Counted from the stretch's first letter, positions 14,076-27,325 are shown. The stretch: DNA of 64,000 bases from Octopus vulgaris (GCA_951406725.2 OX597815.1:30070001-30134000); one strand, 5' to 3'. Made by a program: numbers and translations. Notes: generated from the sequence alone by a model not told the origin.

Positions 14076-15099
14076 TCAGTAGAAGACCAATAGTTCCTCT
14101 TCCACCGGGTTCGAGGTACTCAATTCTACCGTTGGCGGCACAGTTCCCCCTAACGGTGTCTCTTCCCCTGCCGGTGTCACAACCCCTACTGGCAAGGTTC
14201 CGGGACATTCCGGTGCTATGTCATCGACTGCCGGCAATGTCCCATTTCTCTTACTCTTCCTCTTTTTTTTTCGCTCAAGTGAGGGAGGATGCATCTCCTC
14301 CGTGACCAGGAGATTCACTCCGCTTCTCTCATTCTTATGCTCCTTCGGTGAGCATCCATTGTTGCTAACCTTCTTCCTCTTGCGGCCCTTCTTTGAGCAG
14401 TCCTCCGTCTCCTCGACTGCCTTCGTTCTTTCTTCTACAGAGGTCTCAATGAACTCCTCCAGGACTTTGCTTTGTTCCTGAGGACAGTTGTTCTTTATAT
14501 GGCCAGGCTCCAGTCACCGATGACACCTTGGCGGGGTGGGGGAACGACCCTCAAGAATCACCGGGTATTTGCACCCGGCCATTTTCAAAAAATCTGGCAT
14601 AGCCAGATTCATGGCTGATTAGGTCCACAGGGTCAGAACAGCTTTTGGCCTAACCCAATCAGCCGCAAGAAGAATTTTCACATTGAGAAGCCTATCTCCG
14701 CTGCCAACCAGACCCTGACGGATAGTATCTTCTAACCACTGGGGTTCAATTCCGAGTGGCAAACCACAGACCCACGCCCTCATCAATTTTTTTCCCACAA
14801 TAAGTGGGAAGAAACAAAATTTCTTTACCTTCAAAGGGCTGGCTCGCAAAACTCCGAGCCTCCTCTGGAGTGCCAAACAGCAACCACACTATTGCATATT
14901 TGACACCCCTAGAGATATACTTAATGGTTGGCAGATTTCCCGCCAACTCCTGCTCAATCATCTGTTTGGAGAAGACGGCAATGATGTCGAGAACCTTCGT
15001 ATATGTTCTCAACACCACCGTCCTCTCCTCTTGCTGTCTGAGCCACTCTTTAGTTGGAACAATCGCCCACTCTACAATCTTATCTGTATTTTTTGCCAT
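14076..15099 (-). pseudogene. Disrupted gag-like ORF1 of a non-LTR retrotransposon (L1/Tx1-like) with a zinc knuckle
   Basis: Starts MAKNTDKIVEW at ATG 15099, with a frameshift near 14790 and a stop near 14619. Then PVILEGRSPTPPR-C-HR-*(C)-LEPG-H-IKNN-C (CX2CX4HX4C at 14484-14525, TGA at the second Cys), followed by a K/E-rich low-complexity tail to 14076. Confidence 0.7.
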
Positions 15100-15319
15100 T
15101 AAAAAGTAAAAAGTCCAAAACAATAGTTCACAAATTTCAAAAAGAAAAGAGAGAAATCGAAAGGAAACAAAGGGGAAGAAGAGAAAAGCAAACAGTTCAA
15201 TAAGAAAGTCACAATAGAAGAAAACAACAGTTCAACAAAACACAGCAAAAAATCTTCTGGGCATTCAGGTACTCCAATCCCTATGGTACTCCGATTAGAA
15301 CCTGGTCTGTTCCACTTCA

Positions 15320-15600
15320 AAAACAGCTTTTCAATTATTGGTAAACTTAGTTGTAAAAATTCACACTATTCACAAAAATCGAACAAGTTTTGGTGGCAGG
15401 ATACGCCACCAAACTATACTTCTCACAATGAGAAAAAATGTTCACTTAATGGGAACACTTGAAATACAGCTTTCCAATTAGTGGTAAATGTTTGTTGTAA
15501 AAACATGCACCGTTAAAGAGTGAACAACTTCTGGTTGAATGATACGCCCGCAAACTTTACTTCTCATAATGAGAAAAAAATTTTCACTTAATGTGAACAA
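15320..15600 (-). repeat. Two diverged ~142-bp tandem monomers in the putative LINE 5' UTR
   Basis: AAA.ACAGCTTT.CAATTA.TGGTAAA...GATACGCC..CAAACT.TACTTCTCA.AATGAGAAAAAA..TTCACTTAATG.GAACA is present twice, at about 15320 and about 15462. Confidence 0.8.
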
Positions 15601-15986
15601 TATTGCTGAACCCCAAGCAGACCAACATTCTGAATCCGGTGAGGACTCATTGTTTGTAGAAGATATAACCACAGACAACAACCCCCACTGGACCCAAGAG
15701 ACAAATGTCTTAACTTGCAGCGGCTTCTTTTCGGAAGGCTATATAATGCCAGCTATCTTCTTCAGTGCACAACACAATGACGCATGCGTACACTGACAAC
15801 AAAGACTCATGGGAAGTAGGTTATCAAGTTACTTACCACACAGCCACTCCTATATATAAATAGATAGATAGAAAGAAAGACAGATAGATATATAGATAGA
15901 TAGATAGACCGATAGTTAGGTAGACAGAGAGATAGACAGATGGATAGATCGTTATATACATATATACATATATATATATATATGTA

Positions 15987-16104
15987 TGCTCGAAACGTTA
16001 AGCCGTCCTTCTTCCCTTCCTTCCTGAGCGTCCAATAATACTATATTTATTCCACGTCCTCGCGTTGTTGTGTTTTCTCTTTGTGTTTTCATGTTTGGAT
16101 TAAC
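15987..16104 (+). mobile_element. Penelope-like terminal-repeat fragment, truncated within the hammerhead core
   Basis: Reverse-complement homolog of 17855-17970; begins GCTCGAAACGTTA; flanked by (TA)n. Confidence 0.6.
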
Positions 16105-16117
16105 TATATATATATAT

Positions 16118-16165
<48 letters not shown>

Positions 16166-16691
16166 TGGATAAGCAAGAACAGTTAATGAGAGAGGGTGAG
16201 AGATAGGCAGATTACACTTATATATATATATATACACGTACACACACACAAACATACTTACATACACACGCATATCCACACATGCATATTCTATACATAT
16301 CTCACTGTTGGCATTTCACACTTGATGGTGTTGTAAAGGCGTCTTCGAGACAGAGAGTATGTTTGGCATACGAAATTGGTGGAGCTCATTCCTCTCTATG
16401 GTTGAATTCAGTCATTTACTCTAGATATGCGAACGAGTGGTGTAATGTACACAACTTGACAGATACTTTATTTGCAGATCACAGAAAGATGGAAGGCAAA
16501 GCTGATCTCAATGGGTTTTAGACTCAGATTGCAGGTAGGTGGAATGAACATTGCACGGTGTTGTCTTCGACGCTCCAGGTACTCTATCAATTCGTTATAT
16601 ATATTTATACAAGTATACATATGCATATATATCACATGCGCACACACACTCATATTTATGTACATATACATATATACATGTACACACACAC

Positions 16692-16844
<153 letters not shown>

Positions 16845-16984
16845 AGAGAGAGATATGCGCATATATATTATATATTTGTAACTATGTATACACATATACA
16901 TACTTAATAAATATATGAACAGAAATGAAGACGAAAACATGAGAAGTTAAATGATAAATCATAGTGGAGCGATAGCGTGAAATA

Positions 16985-17040
<56 letters not shown>

Positions 17041-17459
17041 CAGAGAAGGGGTAGAGAGATAAATAGAGAGGGAAAGCGAAAGAAAGAGAGAGAGACACTG
17101 TGAGAGAGAAATGCGAGAGATCTATGGGAGAAAGCGAAAACGAGGAGAAAAAAAATTATGAAACATATTCTGAGAACGAATGGAACAGAAAATGAGATAG
17201 CGTATGAGAAAATGATTGAATGAAATAAAGTAAATTTGTAGAGAAATAATGGAATAAACAGCGAGAATAAATTTTGATTAAATTAAATCAGAAAATGTTC
17301 TAAAACAATAGAAGGAAAAGATAAAATTATAGATTGTGGCGGCAAAACTGTCATCGCAGAAATCATTTATGAGATTACATATTAGCGGATGCTGGAGAGC
17401 AAAAGTGAAGTTTCATTCAAGACAATTATAATAGGCAGTCGCTATCCAAGACTTATTAT

Positions 17460-17700
17460 TTTCTTTCTTTTGTTTGTTTCGCTCATTGGACTGCGACCGT
17501 GCGGGGACATCGCTTAAAATGGTTTAATAGAACTAATCGCACCCAGTATTCATTCTTTTCAAGTCTTGTACATAGCGTGTGGAACTCTGTGGCTGAACAG
17601 CTAGACGGTGGGGACATAAACAAGCCAGCACAGATTGTCATACCGTGTGTGGACTAAAACAAAGTCACATACACGCACTCATAGACACACATATATACAC
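17460..17700 (-). mobile_element. Old diverged SINE family A-related tail
   Basis: TTGTTTCGCTCATTGGACTGCGACCGTGCGGGGACATCGCTT resembles the family A tail. Confidence 0.55.
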
Positions 17701-17854
17701 TCTAAAGTGGTTGGCGGTAGGAAGGGCATCCAGCGATAGAAACTATGCGAAAGCACAGAGTATAACATGGCGTAGTCTTCTGACTTGCCAGCCCCTACCG
17801 AATCGTCTGATTCATGCCAGCATAGAAAACAGATGTTAAATGATTATATATATA

Positions 17855-18064
17855 GTTAATCCAAAGACGAACAAAGAGAAAACACAACAATGCGAGGACG
17901 TGGAACAAGTATAATGTTATTGGACGCTCAGGAAAGGAAAGAAAGAAGGAGGATTTAACGTTTCGAGCGGGGCGCTTCGTCAGAAACATAGAAAAAGGAA
18001 AAGTCCAGGGAAAGGAAGACGGAGAAAGAAAATCGCCAACGATACACACGCGTTCAAATATGTA

Positions 18065-18129
<65 letters not shown>

Positions 18130-18318
18130 TGTGCGTAAGATAACCTCATGGACTTTCTGGGATTGTAAACAACGGTCTGTTGAATTTGCTGGATAAATTC
18201 AGGTGATATGTTCCCATCTGTTTCGAGTGGAGCTCTTCGTCGGAAACATAGGAGAAGGAAAGATCCAGAGAAGGGAAGACAGAGGAAAAAAAATCGCCAA
18301 CGGTACACACGCAGTCAC
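17855..18318 (-). mobile_element. Penelope-like terminal repeats, one longer and one partial tandem copy, each with a hammerhead core
   Basis: 17960-18053 is homologous to 18220-18315; both carry C(T/C)GACGA-A-stem-GAAAC on the minus strand; embedded in (TA)n. Confidence 0.65.
17953..17987 (-). ncRNA. Minimal type I hammerhead ribozyme motif (Penelope type)
   Basis: Minus strand: GUUU-CUGACGA-A-GCGCCCCGCUC-GAA-ACGU-U-AAAU. Palindromic ACGU stem III, GUU cleavage triplet, 4-bp stem I; stem II is imperfect in this copy. Confidence 0.6.
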
Positions 18319-18364
18319 ATTATACATACATACATACATGCATACATGCATGCATGCATACATG

Positions 18365-18465
<101 letters not shown>

Positions 18466-18499
18466 CTAATACACCTACAATCTAAGCTATCATTGTACC

Positions 18500-18880
18500 T
18501 ATCAGCTGGCCCTGCACTACCTGTTGAGTCAGAGGCCGTATGGGAAGATGAATGGAGTCATGACATCGCCAACACTCCAAACACCATGATGTTGACTGGA
18601 TGTTTGATTTTTATCACTCTTGGTACATGTTTTGGGAATACGGCAAACACTTAGATTGACACCCAAACGCTCTGAAATGTTCGTATTAGAGCTACTGGCT
18701 CGAATGCCAAGCAGTACAGCATGTCGTTTCCAAATTTCTGGCAGGGTGAATTGCGCCATGGTGTGGTTTTTCCCAGGGACGGAGCCCAACTGACACTTGT
18801 AGTCGACAAAATCAAAAACATACAATGCGTATGCGTGAAATATGAATATAATATGGTGACAATATACCCATCACAACTTG
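18500..18880 (-). mobile_element. Internally deleted Tc1/mariner (maT-like) transposon relic
   Basis: N-terminal HTH-like MAQFTLPEIWKRHAVLLGIRASSSNTNISERLGVNL joined to a catalytic-domain segment KHPVNIMVFGV..GDVMTPFIFPYGL. One end (CAAGTTGTGATGGGTATATTGTCACC on minus) abuts TA; the second TIR was not found. Confidence 0.6.
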
Positions 18881-18945
18881 TATATGTGTGTGTGTGTATA
18901 TATATATGTATATATATATTTATACATATACATACATATATGTCC

Positions 18946-18977
<32 letters not shown>

Positions 18978-19055
18978 GTATATACACACACACGCTCACA
19001 CACACACATTAATAAGGGTGGCTTATTCGCAACTTTGCAATTGAAATGCAGAAAT

Positions 19056-19315
19056 ATATGTCACTAAAGCGACTAAGTGCTCTAGTCATCACCAATATTG
19101 CTAGAAATAGGAGTTAAATCAACTCATAGCCACAAGAAAGCACTTATCTTAATGACTAACAAGGGAGGCAAGCTCCCTACAGCATCCGGGCATAGCCAGG
19201 TTACCTTGCCTGTCTTGTTAGTCATTAAGAGAAGTGCATTTACGTGGCTATGAGTTGTTTTAACTCTTATTTCTAGCAATACTGGTGCTGATCGCCCTTG
19301 GTCGCTTTAGTGACG

Positions 19316-19318
<3 letters not shown>
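19056..19318. mobile_element. MITE-like fold-back element (about 115-bp imperfect arms, about 30-nt spacer)
   Basis: GTCACTAAAGCGAC...GCTAGAAATA.GAGTTAAA.CAACTCATAGCCAC...CTTAATGACTAACAAG..AGGCAAG pairs with 19205-19316; TA-rich flanks. Confidence 0.8.
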
Positions 19319-19347
<29 letters not shown>

Positions 19348-19748
19348 TATCTGTATTTTCCTAATAGATATGAAGAGTACCTGAATTTCAATGTTTTGGG
19401 GTATATGTTACCCATACAGCTCTCATTCATATACACAAGGTGTTGAGAAATGTTAATGGAGCGGTAATGTTTCAACATGCACATCGCTTATAGAATTTCT
19501 TGAGCGCTGTGAGACGGCGGGTGTTCGGTTTGTCTATTGAAATATTCCCGCTCTAAATTAACGATCTGCGTAATTGTATACTGGTTTTATTTTCGTTCTC
19601 GTAGATGAACGTCACACATCTGTTTGTTGTCGACAGGAAAGAGAACGTTAAGTAATGGTTTACAATAGATATACAATTTCCACTCAGCGTGCAATAAGTT
19701 GATAGTAATCAAGTGTTCAAGAAGAGAACTATTACACACAAGCACACA

Positions 19749-19816
<68 letters not shown>

Positions 19817-19891
19817 CAACACAAACATGCACACACAAACATATATATATATATATATGCATATGTATGCATTTGTAACTATACATGTGTG

Positions 19892-19981
<90 letters not shown>

Positions 19982-20943
19982 GAGAAAGAATTTAGAAGAG
20001 AGAGATTAGGGAGTGAGTGACGTGTTAAAAGCTAATGTATTCAGACTTGTGTTTAGCTATCTCATGTGTTGTATTGCGTGGTTATTTCCATCTGTACAAT
20101 CGCGTCTCAACACTTTGTTTGACAACGAATTTTACTGGAAACATACTTAAACATCATACCTGTTTCTCCTCAAGTTGACTATTATTACTTATGCAAATAC
20201 ATGTGCTGTGAGAGTTAAATCCTGGCAAGCATCAACTTGTCTATCAGATACAGGGGGGAACATTTCACATCTGACTATGCATCAGTCCCGTGGAGGGTCA
20301 CAGTCCCTAGCTGTAAAGAATCTACATATGGAAGTAGAGCCAAAGGTAATGTGCATCTGCGAATTGATTCCGTAGCTTGTCGTACTGAGTCGAAATACTC
20401 CCACATGTACCTAGACAATATTAAAACGTTAGAGAACATTTCAGTAATTATAACTCTGACATTCAGATCAAAAACACAACCTCCCCCGAACCCATATATG
20501 TGTGTGTGTGTGTGTGTGCGCGCGTGTATATTACATATACATATATAACATATAACATTATATAATATATGTATATATAATAGTGGGCAAACGAAAAAGT
20601 GGCACTCAAAATCTTTGATAGGAGTTATATAAATATACTTTTAAAAAACCGTTTGATTCAGCTCCGGTTAGCTGATGAGATGGGAGCGTCTCGTAAGCCC
20701 AAAATGCTTTAAGCCATATGGAGCTGCATGAAACTGTTATCAGAAAAATACATACATAGTATTATAATTACAGACACACACACACACACACAGATATACA
20801 CACGTATATTAATTGATGGGTAAGCAAACGTATTACTATGGTTTGGCTTAACGAACTAAAAGAGAGCTTATCAATTATATATTGTTAGTAGGACTAAACC
20901 TATGCATAGCTCAGGTGGTTTAGTAGAACTAAAATATGAACTT

Positions 20944-21130
20944 GCAGGAGTGGCCGTGTGGTAAGTAGCTTGCCTACCAACTATGTGGTTCCGGGTTTAG
21001 TCCCACTGCGTAGCACCTTGAGCAAGTGTCTTCTACTATAACTTCGGGCCGATCAAAATGAGTGCATTTGGTAGACGGTAACTGAAAGAAGCCCGTTGTA
21101 TACACTCACACGCACACACACTCACACACA

Positions 21131-21177
<47 letters not shown>

Positions 21178-21366
21178 ATATATGTTTGTGTGTCTGTGTT
21201 TGTCCCCCCTATCACCGTTTGACAACTGATGTTGGTGTGTTTACGTCCCCGTAACTTAGCAGTTCGGCAAAACAGAATAAGTCCTAGGGTTGATTTGTTC
21301 GAGTAAAGGCGGTGCTCCAGCATGGCCGCAGTCAAATGACTATAACAATTAAAAGAATAAAAGAAT
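20944..21366 (+). mobile_element. SINE family A with internal deletions
   Basis: Head GCAGGAGTGGCCGTGTGGTAAG through tail (TAAAAGAA)n. Confidence 0.85.
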
Positions 21367-21812
21367 ATTTTACTAATGTTGTCTTTTCCTCATCGCATAA
21401 TTATTTAAAATTTTCTTTCACATGATCACTGCATTATATATATATTAACATTTAGTTCAGTTTATTCACTGTGTTCATTCTAATAGATTATTTACCTAAT
21501 AATAGACCTTATGCTATAATGCTAAGCGGATTATAATGCCATTGTTTTGTCCGTAACCTTTCATACTTGCGCATCAATCACAGCCATTCTAAAAAGCTGA
21601 TGTCAAACTTTCACTGTCTCCATAAACATTGCATTCAAAATTATTCTTCATGGCAGTCTATTGGCCTTTAATAGAACCAAGACATAATCACCGCACATAT
21701 CTTTGAAATATTCTTTGAAGCGGAAACAGTGTAAATTTCTTTCTTTTAACTTCATTGTCTTTCGTCCTAAACTTATTCACTATTTACTACACACCTCCAC
21801 ATTAATATGTAC

Positions 21813-21843
<31 letters not shown>

Positions 21844-21989
21844 TGCATGTATGTATGTATGTATGTATGTATGTATGTATCTGTGTGTGTGTGTGTGTAT
21901 GTATGTGTGTGTATATACGGTTGTGCGCTAGGTATAAGATAAACGGATGGTTATCTAATAATGGGGACTATTCGCTGTTACCATAGGTA

Positions 21990-22390
21990 TTCTTCTTCTT
22001 CGTCGTCGTCGTCGTCGTCTTCTTTTTCTTCTTCTTCTTCTTCTTCTTCTTCTTCTTCTTCTTCTTCTATTTATAGTTAGTTCGTCCGTCGTTGTCGACG
22101 ATGACCAAGGACATCACTTGGGAGAAGACGGGACACGGTGTGACCGGATGTGGGCAATTAGTCCTATTGTTTACTCGGAAGTATCTGCTGCGGCTCGGGC
22201 ACTTGTGGCCTGTTGGAACCGAAGGCAAAGAGTTGACTCTGGACTTGTGGAGTTCGCGGTTTTTTTTTCTGTACCCCTGCAATCCTGTTCTGTTCGTGAG
22301 AGGTGGCAACTCAGTGCAGCTTCGTGAGGCAGGCGGTATTGTGCTTGTGTTTCCCAGATGTCAGAGTTCATCTCAAAACTCTTTTCTATA
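21990..22390 (-). mobile_element. Degenerate RTE-clade LINE 3' end next to a (GAA)n tract
   Basis: Frameshifted peptides 'SDIWETQA', 'HKCP' and 'IGLIAHIRSH' parallel the C-terminus of the RTE at 25950. The 3' UTR GGTCATCGTCGACAACGACGGACGAAC resembles GGTCATCTTCGAACCGAAGGACGAAC of that copy. Confidence 0.7.
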
Positions 22391-23179
22391 ACTCCCATCT
22401 CTGAAGAGCGTGTTCATTTGTTAACTGACCGCGCCATACGATTCATTTAAGGAATGTGTTACACAGTTTGTTTAGTCACTATCTGCTGAAAGCGGTGCCA
22501 AGTTGTATCGGCTTTGCGTTTCACTTGGATAACATCGTTGGGGTGGAGAAGGGAAGCTGATATGCATGGGTGACTGTTGGTAAGCCATAAACCACCATGC
22601 TCGGACTTATGCCTCGGAAGATAACTTTCTAGGTGCAATTCCATGGTCATTCATCACTGAAGGGGAACTTTACCTTTAATGTAATAGTTACAACTAATTC
22701 GATAAATTCAAAGTGTTAAATACAGGGGGTGGGATGAATTTTAGGGGAAGTAGAAATGAAGATTTTGAGCCAAGCAGGAGAGGGGAGTCGGGAAGAATGT
22801 GGCTTCTATATACTTTCAGGCTCTTTCAGAGTAAAGAAGGACTTCACAGTGTACAATAAACAGTAGAGATGCGCTATAGATAAGGGGTGAAATATTTATT
22901 TCGTGCTAGCTAGTAAGAAGTGGTGGGCGGATACTTGCGTCGACCGAATTCTACGCATGCTCATACTGAGGAAGAAAAAAAGTTCTTATCTAGCAAATAG
23001 AACCTCTTCCCGGTTAGTATTAATTTTCCTTTAGTTTTTTTTTCTTTGCGTTTGATATAGTTTTCTTGGTGATATCATCATCAATATCATCACCAGCACT
23101 ACAACAACCAACACCAAAATTTCATCCATCGATAGTAACAGCACTTTTTTTTTTGTTCCTGCTCCTCCTCGTCTTCCTC

Positions 23180-23560
<381 letters not shown>

Positions 23561-23811
23561 TGGTGCTACCACATATACGTTTAACGAATGCATTCAAGCG
23601 TAATATCCATAACGAAGTCTCCTACAATAACGTCGTTAGTAGTTTCATTTTAAAGCTGTTATTGAATTACACACTGATGACCTTTATCTCCTTCTCTAGC
23701 CATCTCTACTCTCTCTCTATCTGTTTACTCGTCTGTCCGTCTGTGTATTCAACTGTTTATTTGGTTGCCGATTTTCCCTCTACCTACTTACCTACATACC
23801 TACCAACCTAC

Positions 23812-24593
23812 CTATTTCTTTACTACCCACAAGGGACTAAACACAGAGAGGACAAACAAGGACAGACAAACGGATTGAGTCGATTATATCGACCTCAGTG
23901 CATAACTGGTACTTATTTAATCGACCCCGAAAGGATGAAAGGCAAAGTCGACTTCGGCGGAATTTGAACTCAGAACAGAACGGCAGACGGAATACCTATT
24001 TCTTTACTACCCACAAGGGGCTAAACACAGAGAGGACAAACAAGGACAGACAAACGGATTAAGTCATTTATGTCGACCCCAGTGCGTAACTGGTATTTAT
24101 TTAATCGACTCCGAAAGGATGAAAGGCGAAGTCAACTTCGACGGAATTTGAACTCAGAACGTAACGGCAGACGAAATACCTATTTCTTTATTACACACAA
24201 GGGGCTAAACACAGAGGGGACAAACAAGGACAGACAAACGGATTGAGTCGATTATATCGACACCAGTACGTAACTGGTATTTAATTTATCGACCCCGAAA
24301 GGATGAAAGGCAAAGTCAAACTCGGCGGAATTTGAACTCAGAACGTAACGACAGACGAAATACCTATTTCTTTACTACCCACAAGGGGCTAAACACAGAG
24401 AAGACAAACAAGGACAGACAAACGGATTGAGTCGATTATATCGACCCCAGTGCGTAACTGATACTTAATTCATTGACCCCGAAAAGATGAAAGGCAAAGT
24501 CGACCTCGGCAGAATTTGAACTCAGAACATAACGGCAGACGAAATACCCCGCTAAGCATTTCGGCTGGCGTGCTAACGTTTCTGCCAGCTCAC
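23812..24593 (-). mobile_element. SINE family B tetramer (4 x 184 bp plus a single head) inserted in (CCTA)n
   Basis: Units start CTATTTCTTTA at 23812, 23996, 24180 and 24364; the head is at 24548-24593. Confidence 0.92.
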
Positions 24594-24784
24594 CTACCTA
24601 CCTACCTACCTACCTACATACCTACCTACCTACCTACATACCTACCTACCTACCTACCTACCTACATACCTACCTACCTACCTACCTACCTACCTACCTA
24701 CCTACCTACCTACATGCATACCTACCTACCTACATACCAACCTACCTACCTACCTACCTACCAACCTACCTACCTACCTACATA

Positions 24785-24912
24785 TGTATATCACGTGATC
24801 ACGTGAGCGACCAGTCCATCAGATGTAGTTACACATCGCTGGTCACAATGCGTTCGCATTGTTTTAGCCTTCGAATGACGCCACCCCGCTGGCTAAGCGA
24901 GCAGGCCAACAC
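24785..24912 (-). mobile_element. Short structured fragment, probably a SINE/LINE 3' tail
   Basis: Hairpins ACAATGCG/CGCATTGT and GACCAG/CTGGTC with a terminal CACGTGATCACGTG repeat; isolated between microsatellites. Confidence 0.45.
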
Positions 24913-25910
24913 ATGTATGTATGTATGTATGTATGTATGTATGTATGTATGTATGTATGTATGTATGTATGTATGTATGCATGTATGTATGTATGTATTT
25001 ATGCATGTATGTATGTATGTGTGCATGCGTTTACGAATGTATTAACGGATGTGCTTATTCTGGAATTTCTGTCTCATTTATTCCCTGGTTTCCACAGTTT
25101 TCTTGGTGGTTTTTCCCAGCTTCTTCTGTCCTTTCACAGTCCTCGAATTCTATTTATACGTATATATCCATTCTTCCCTTCTATATCTCGCACACCCACA
25201 TAATCACTGCCTTATTCCTCCTCTATATTTTACATCCCCTCCGCCCATTCATTTCTCCCAGGTCTGTTTACCCTTCTCCATCTCATGCCGCCCTTATATC
25301 TCCTTTCGTTCCCTTCTTTTCTCTATGTTTATATTTCTTAATCTTCGTTATCTTTTACAGATATATTCTGCAGTGCTGTTTGGTTATCTCCCTTTTTCAC
25401 TCCCCACCCTCTCTTTGCTTCGTTTCTCTTTTATTCAAAGGCTCTAATAACCAAGCACCGCATCAACCTGATGCTCTATGTATATTTCTAGTTTTCTACT
25501 ATTTTGTTTGCCTTCCGAATCGCCACAATTCCCCTCGCTGCTATATCCTCCTCTTCCTCTCTCCTTCACATAATTTGTTTACATATCTTTCTTTCTGTCC
25601 CAGGTTCTCTCTTTGTCTCTGCCTGCCCTGGTACTTCACTCTTCATTCTCCATTATCAACAGATTCCCTTCCCTCCACTTCGCTTTTATATCTTTACCCA
25701 GGTCTTTTTGACTGCATGAAAATTAATCATAATAGAGTTACATCAAGGCTTCTCATTTCCACGACTTATATTACATTGCAGGGCGTACATACAATAATAA
25801 TTGAAAGAATACTTACTGCACCGAACAGTCACTGTGACGCAAGCGGTGCTTCTAGTGAGTGAGACGAATATCAGTCTTTTCACGCTCGCGCGAACGCGTA
25901 TGCTCGCGTA

Positions 25911-27290
25911 ATAATGTTCGTCCTTCGGTTCGAAGATGACCAACTGACATCATCTGATGGAACTGCCGCCATGAGACCGGAGGTGGCTGGTGAGGCCAAT
26001 CCGGGCAAGGAAGCCCCTCCCACAGGTGGGGCAGAAGTGGGTAGGGGCAGTGCTACTGGTGCAGGCGGCTCTGACTTTACGCATCTGACGTTTCTGCTCC
26101 GCTGACCGAATCCGTCCCTCCTCGGCTGTCCCTGCTCCCACGGTGATTGCGCTGCGCCAGGATGAGCGGTTGGCAGCAAGTGTCTCCCAGGTCTCTGTTC
26201 CGATGGAGAAGTCTTTGAGAGAGACCTTGAGACTATCCTTGTAGCGCTTTTTCTGCCCTCCGACTTTGCGCCTGCCCTGGCCGAGTTCACCGTAGAAGAG
26301 CTGTTTTGGGATGCGAGTGTCGGACATGCGGGAGACGTGGCCCGCCCATCTCAGCTGGGCCTTGCGCATGATTGTGATGGTGCTAGGGAGATCTGCCTGC
26401 TTCAGAACTTCCGTGTCTGGGACTTTGTCCTGCCAGCGGATGTGAAGGAGATTCCGAAGACACCTGAGATGGAAGTGGTTTATCTGGCGCTCGTGCCTTC
26501 GGTAAGCAGTCCACGTCTCGCAGCCGTATAGTAGGGTGGTAAGCACGACTGCCCGGTAGACTTTCAGCTTGGTGTTGAGGCTGATTCCTCTCCGCTCCCA
26601 GACTTTCTTTCGCAGTCTCCCAAACGCGCTGCTTGCCTTGGAGATTCTGTTGATGGTTTCAGCATCTATGTTGGCATTGTAGGAGAGAGTGCTGCCCAGG
26701 TAGGTGAAGTTTTCCACCACTCGGAGGATCCGTCCGTTCACCCTTATCTGAGGCTCATGGTATTGTTTGCCGGGGCTGGCTGAAACATCACTTCGGTTTT
26801 CTTTGCACTGATGGTGAGACCGAAGTTGTCACAGGCTGATGAGAACCTGTCCATCTCGAGCTGCATCTCCTGCTCATCGATTGCATTAAGGGCGCAGTCG
26901 TCAGCAAAGAGAAAGTCTCTGACGACTGTCTCCCTCACCTTTGTGACAGCCTGCAATCTCCTGGAGTTGAAAAGTTTCCCGTCTGTCCTGTACTTGATGT
27001 TGATACCGGACTTGCAGTCCCTAAAGGCGTCGGACATCATTGCCGAGAACATGATGCTGAACAGTGTTGGGGCCAGGACACAGCCCTGCCTGACTCCGTT
27101 GGTCACCTGGAAGGCTTCAGATGAGTCGCCGTCTTCAAGGATTCTGGCTGTCATTCCGTCGTGGAACTGGCGGACAATTGCAATAAATTTGCTGGGGCAA
27201 CCAAATTTTCCCATGACCTTCCATAGTCCCTCCCGACTGACTGTATCAAAGGCCTTGGTGAGGTCAACAAAGGTCATGCAGAGGTCATGC
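25911..27290 (-). mobile_element. 5'-truncated RTE-clade LINE (RT domain plus C-terminus, one frameshift near 26745-26765) with an 11-bp TSD
   Basis: ORFs 26744..27310 (FVDLTKAFDTV, GVRQGCVLAPTLF, LFADD) and 25950..26741 (FTYLGS, LLYGCETW, LRWAGHV, CPTCGRGFLARIGLTSHLRSH). TSD ATGCTCGCGTA at 25900-25910 and 27291-27301. Confidence 0.93.
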
Positions 27291-27325
27291 ATGCTCGCGT
27301 AGACACACATGCATTACACACACGA

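Noticed and set aside
20660-20740. CTGATGA followed by a hairpin (possible hammerhead)
   Set aside because: No GAAA after stem II (GTAA, out of register) and stem I cannot be formed.
23812-24547. Regular repeats as a CRISPR array or a hammerhead retrozyme
   Set aside because: Units are contiguous 184-bp SINE bodies without unique spacers, no cas genes are present, and I found no CTGANGA core on either strand of the unit.
24921-25862. 313-aa ORF
   Set aside because: Starts in (TATG)n and runs through pyrimidine-rich low-complexity DNA that is depleted of stops; no domain motif.
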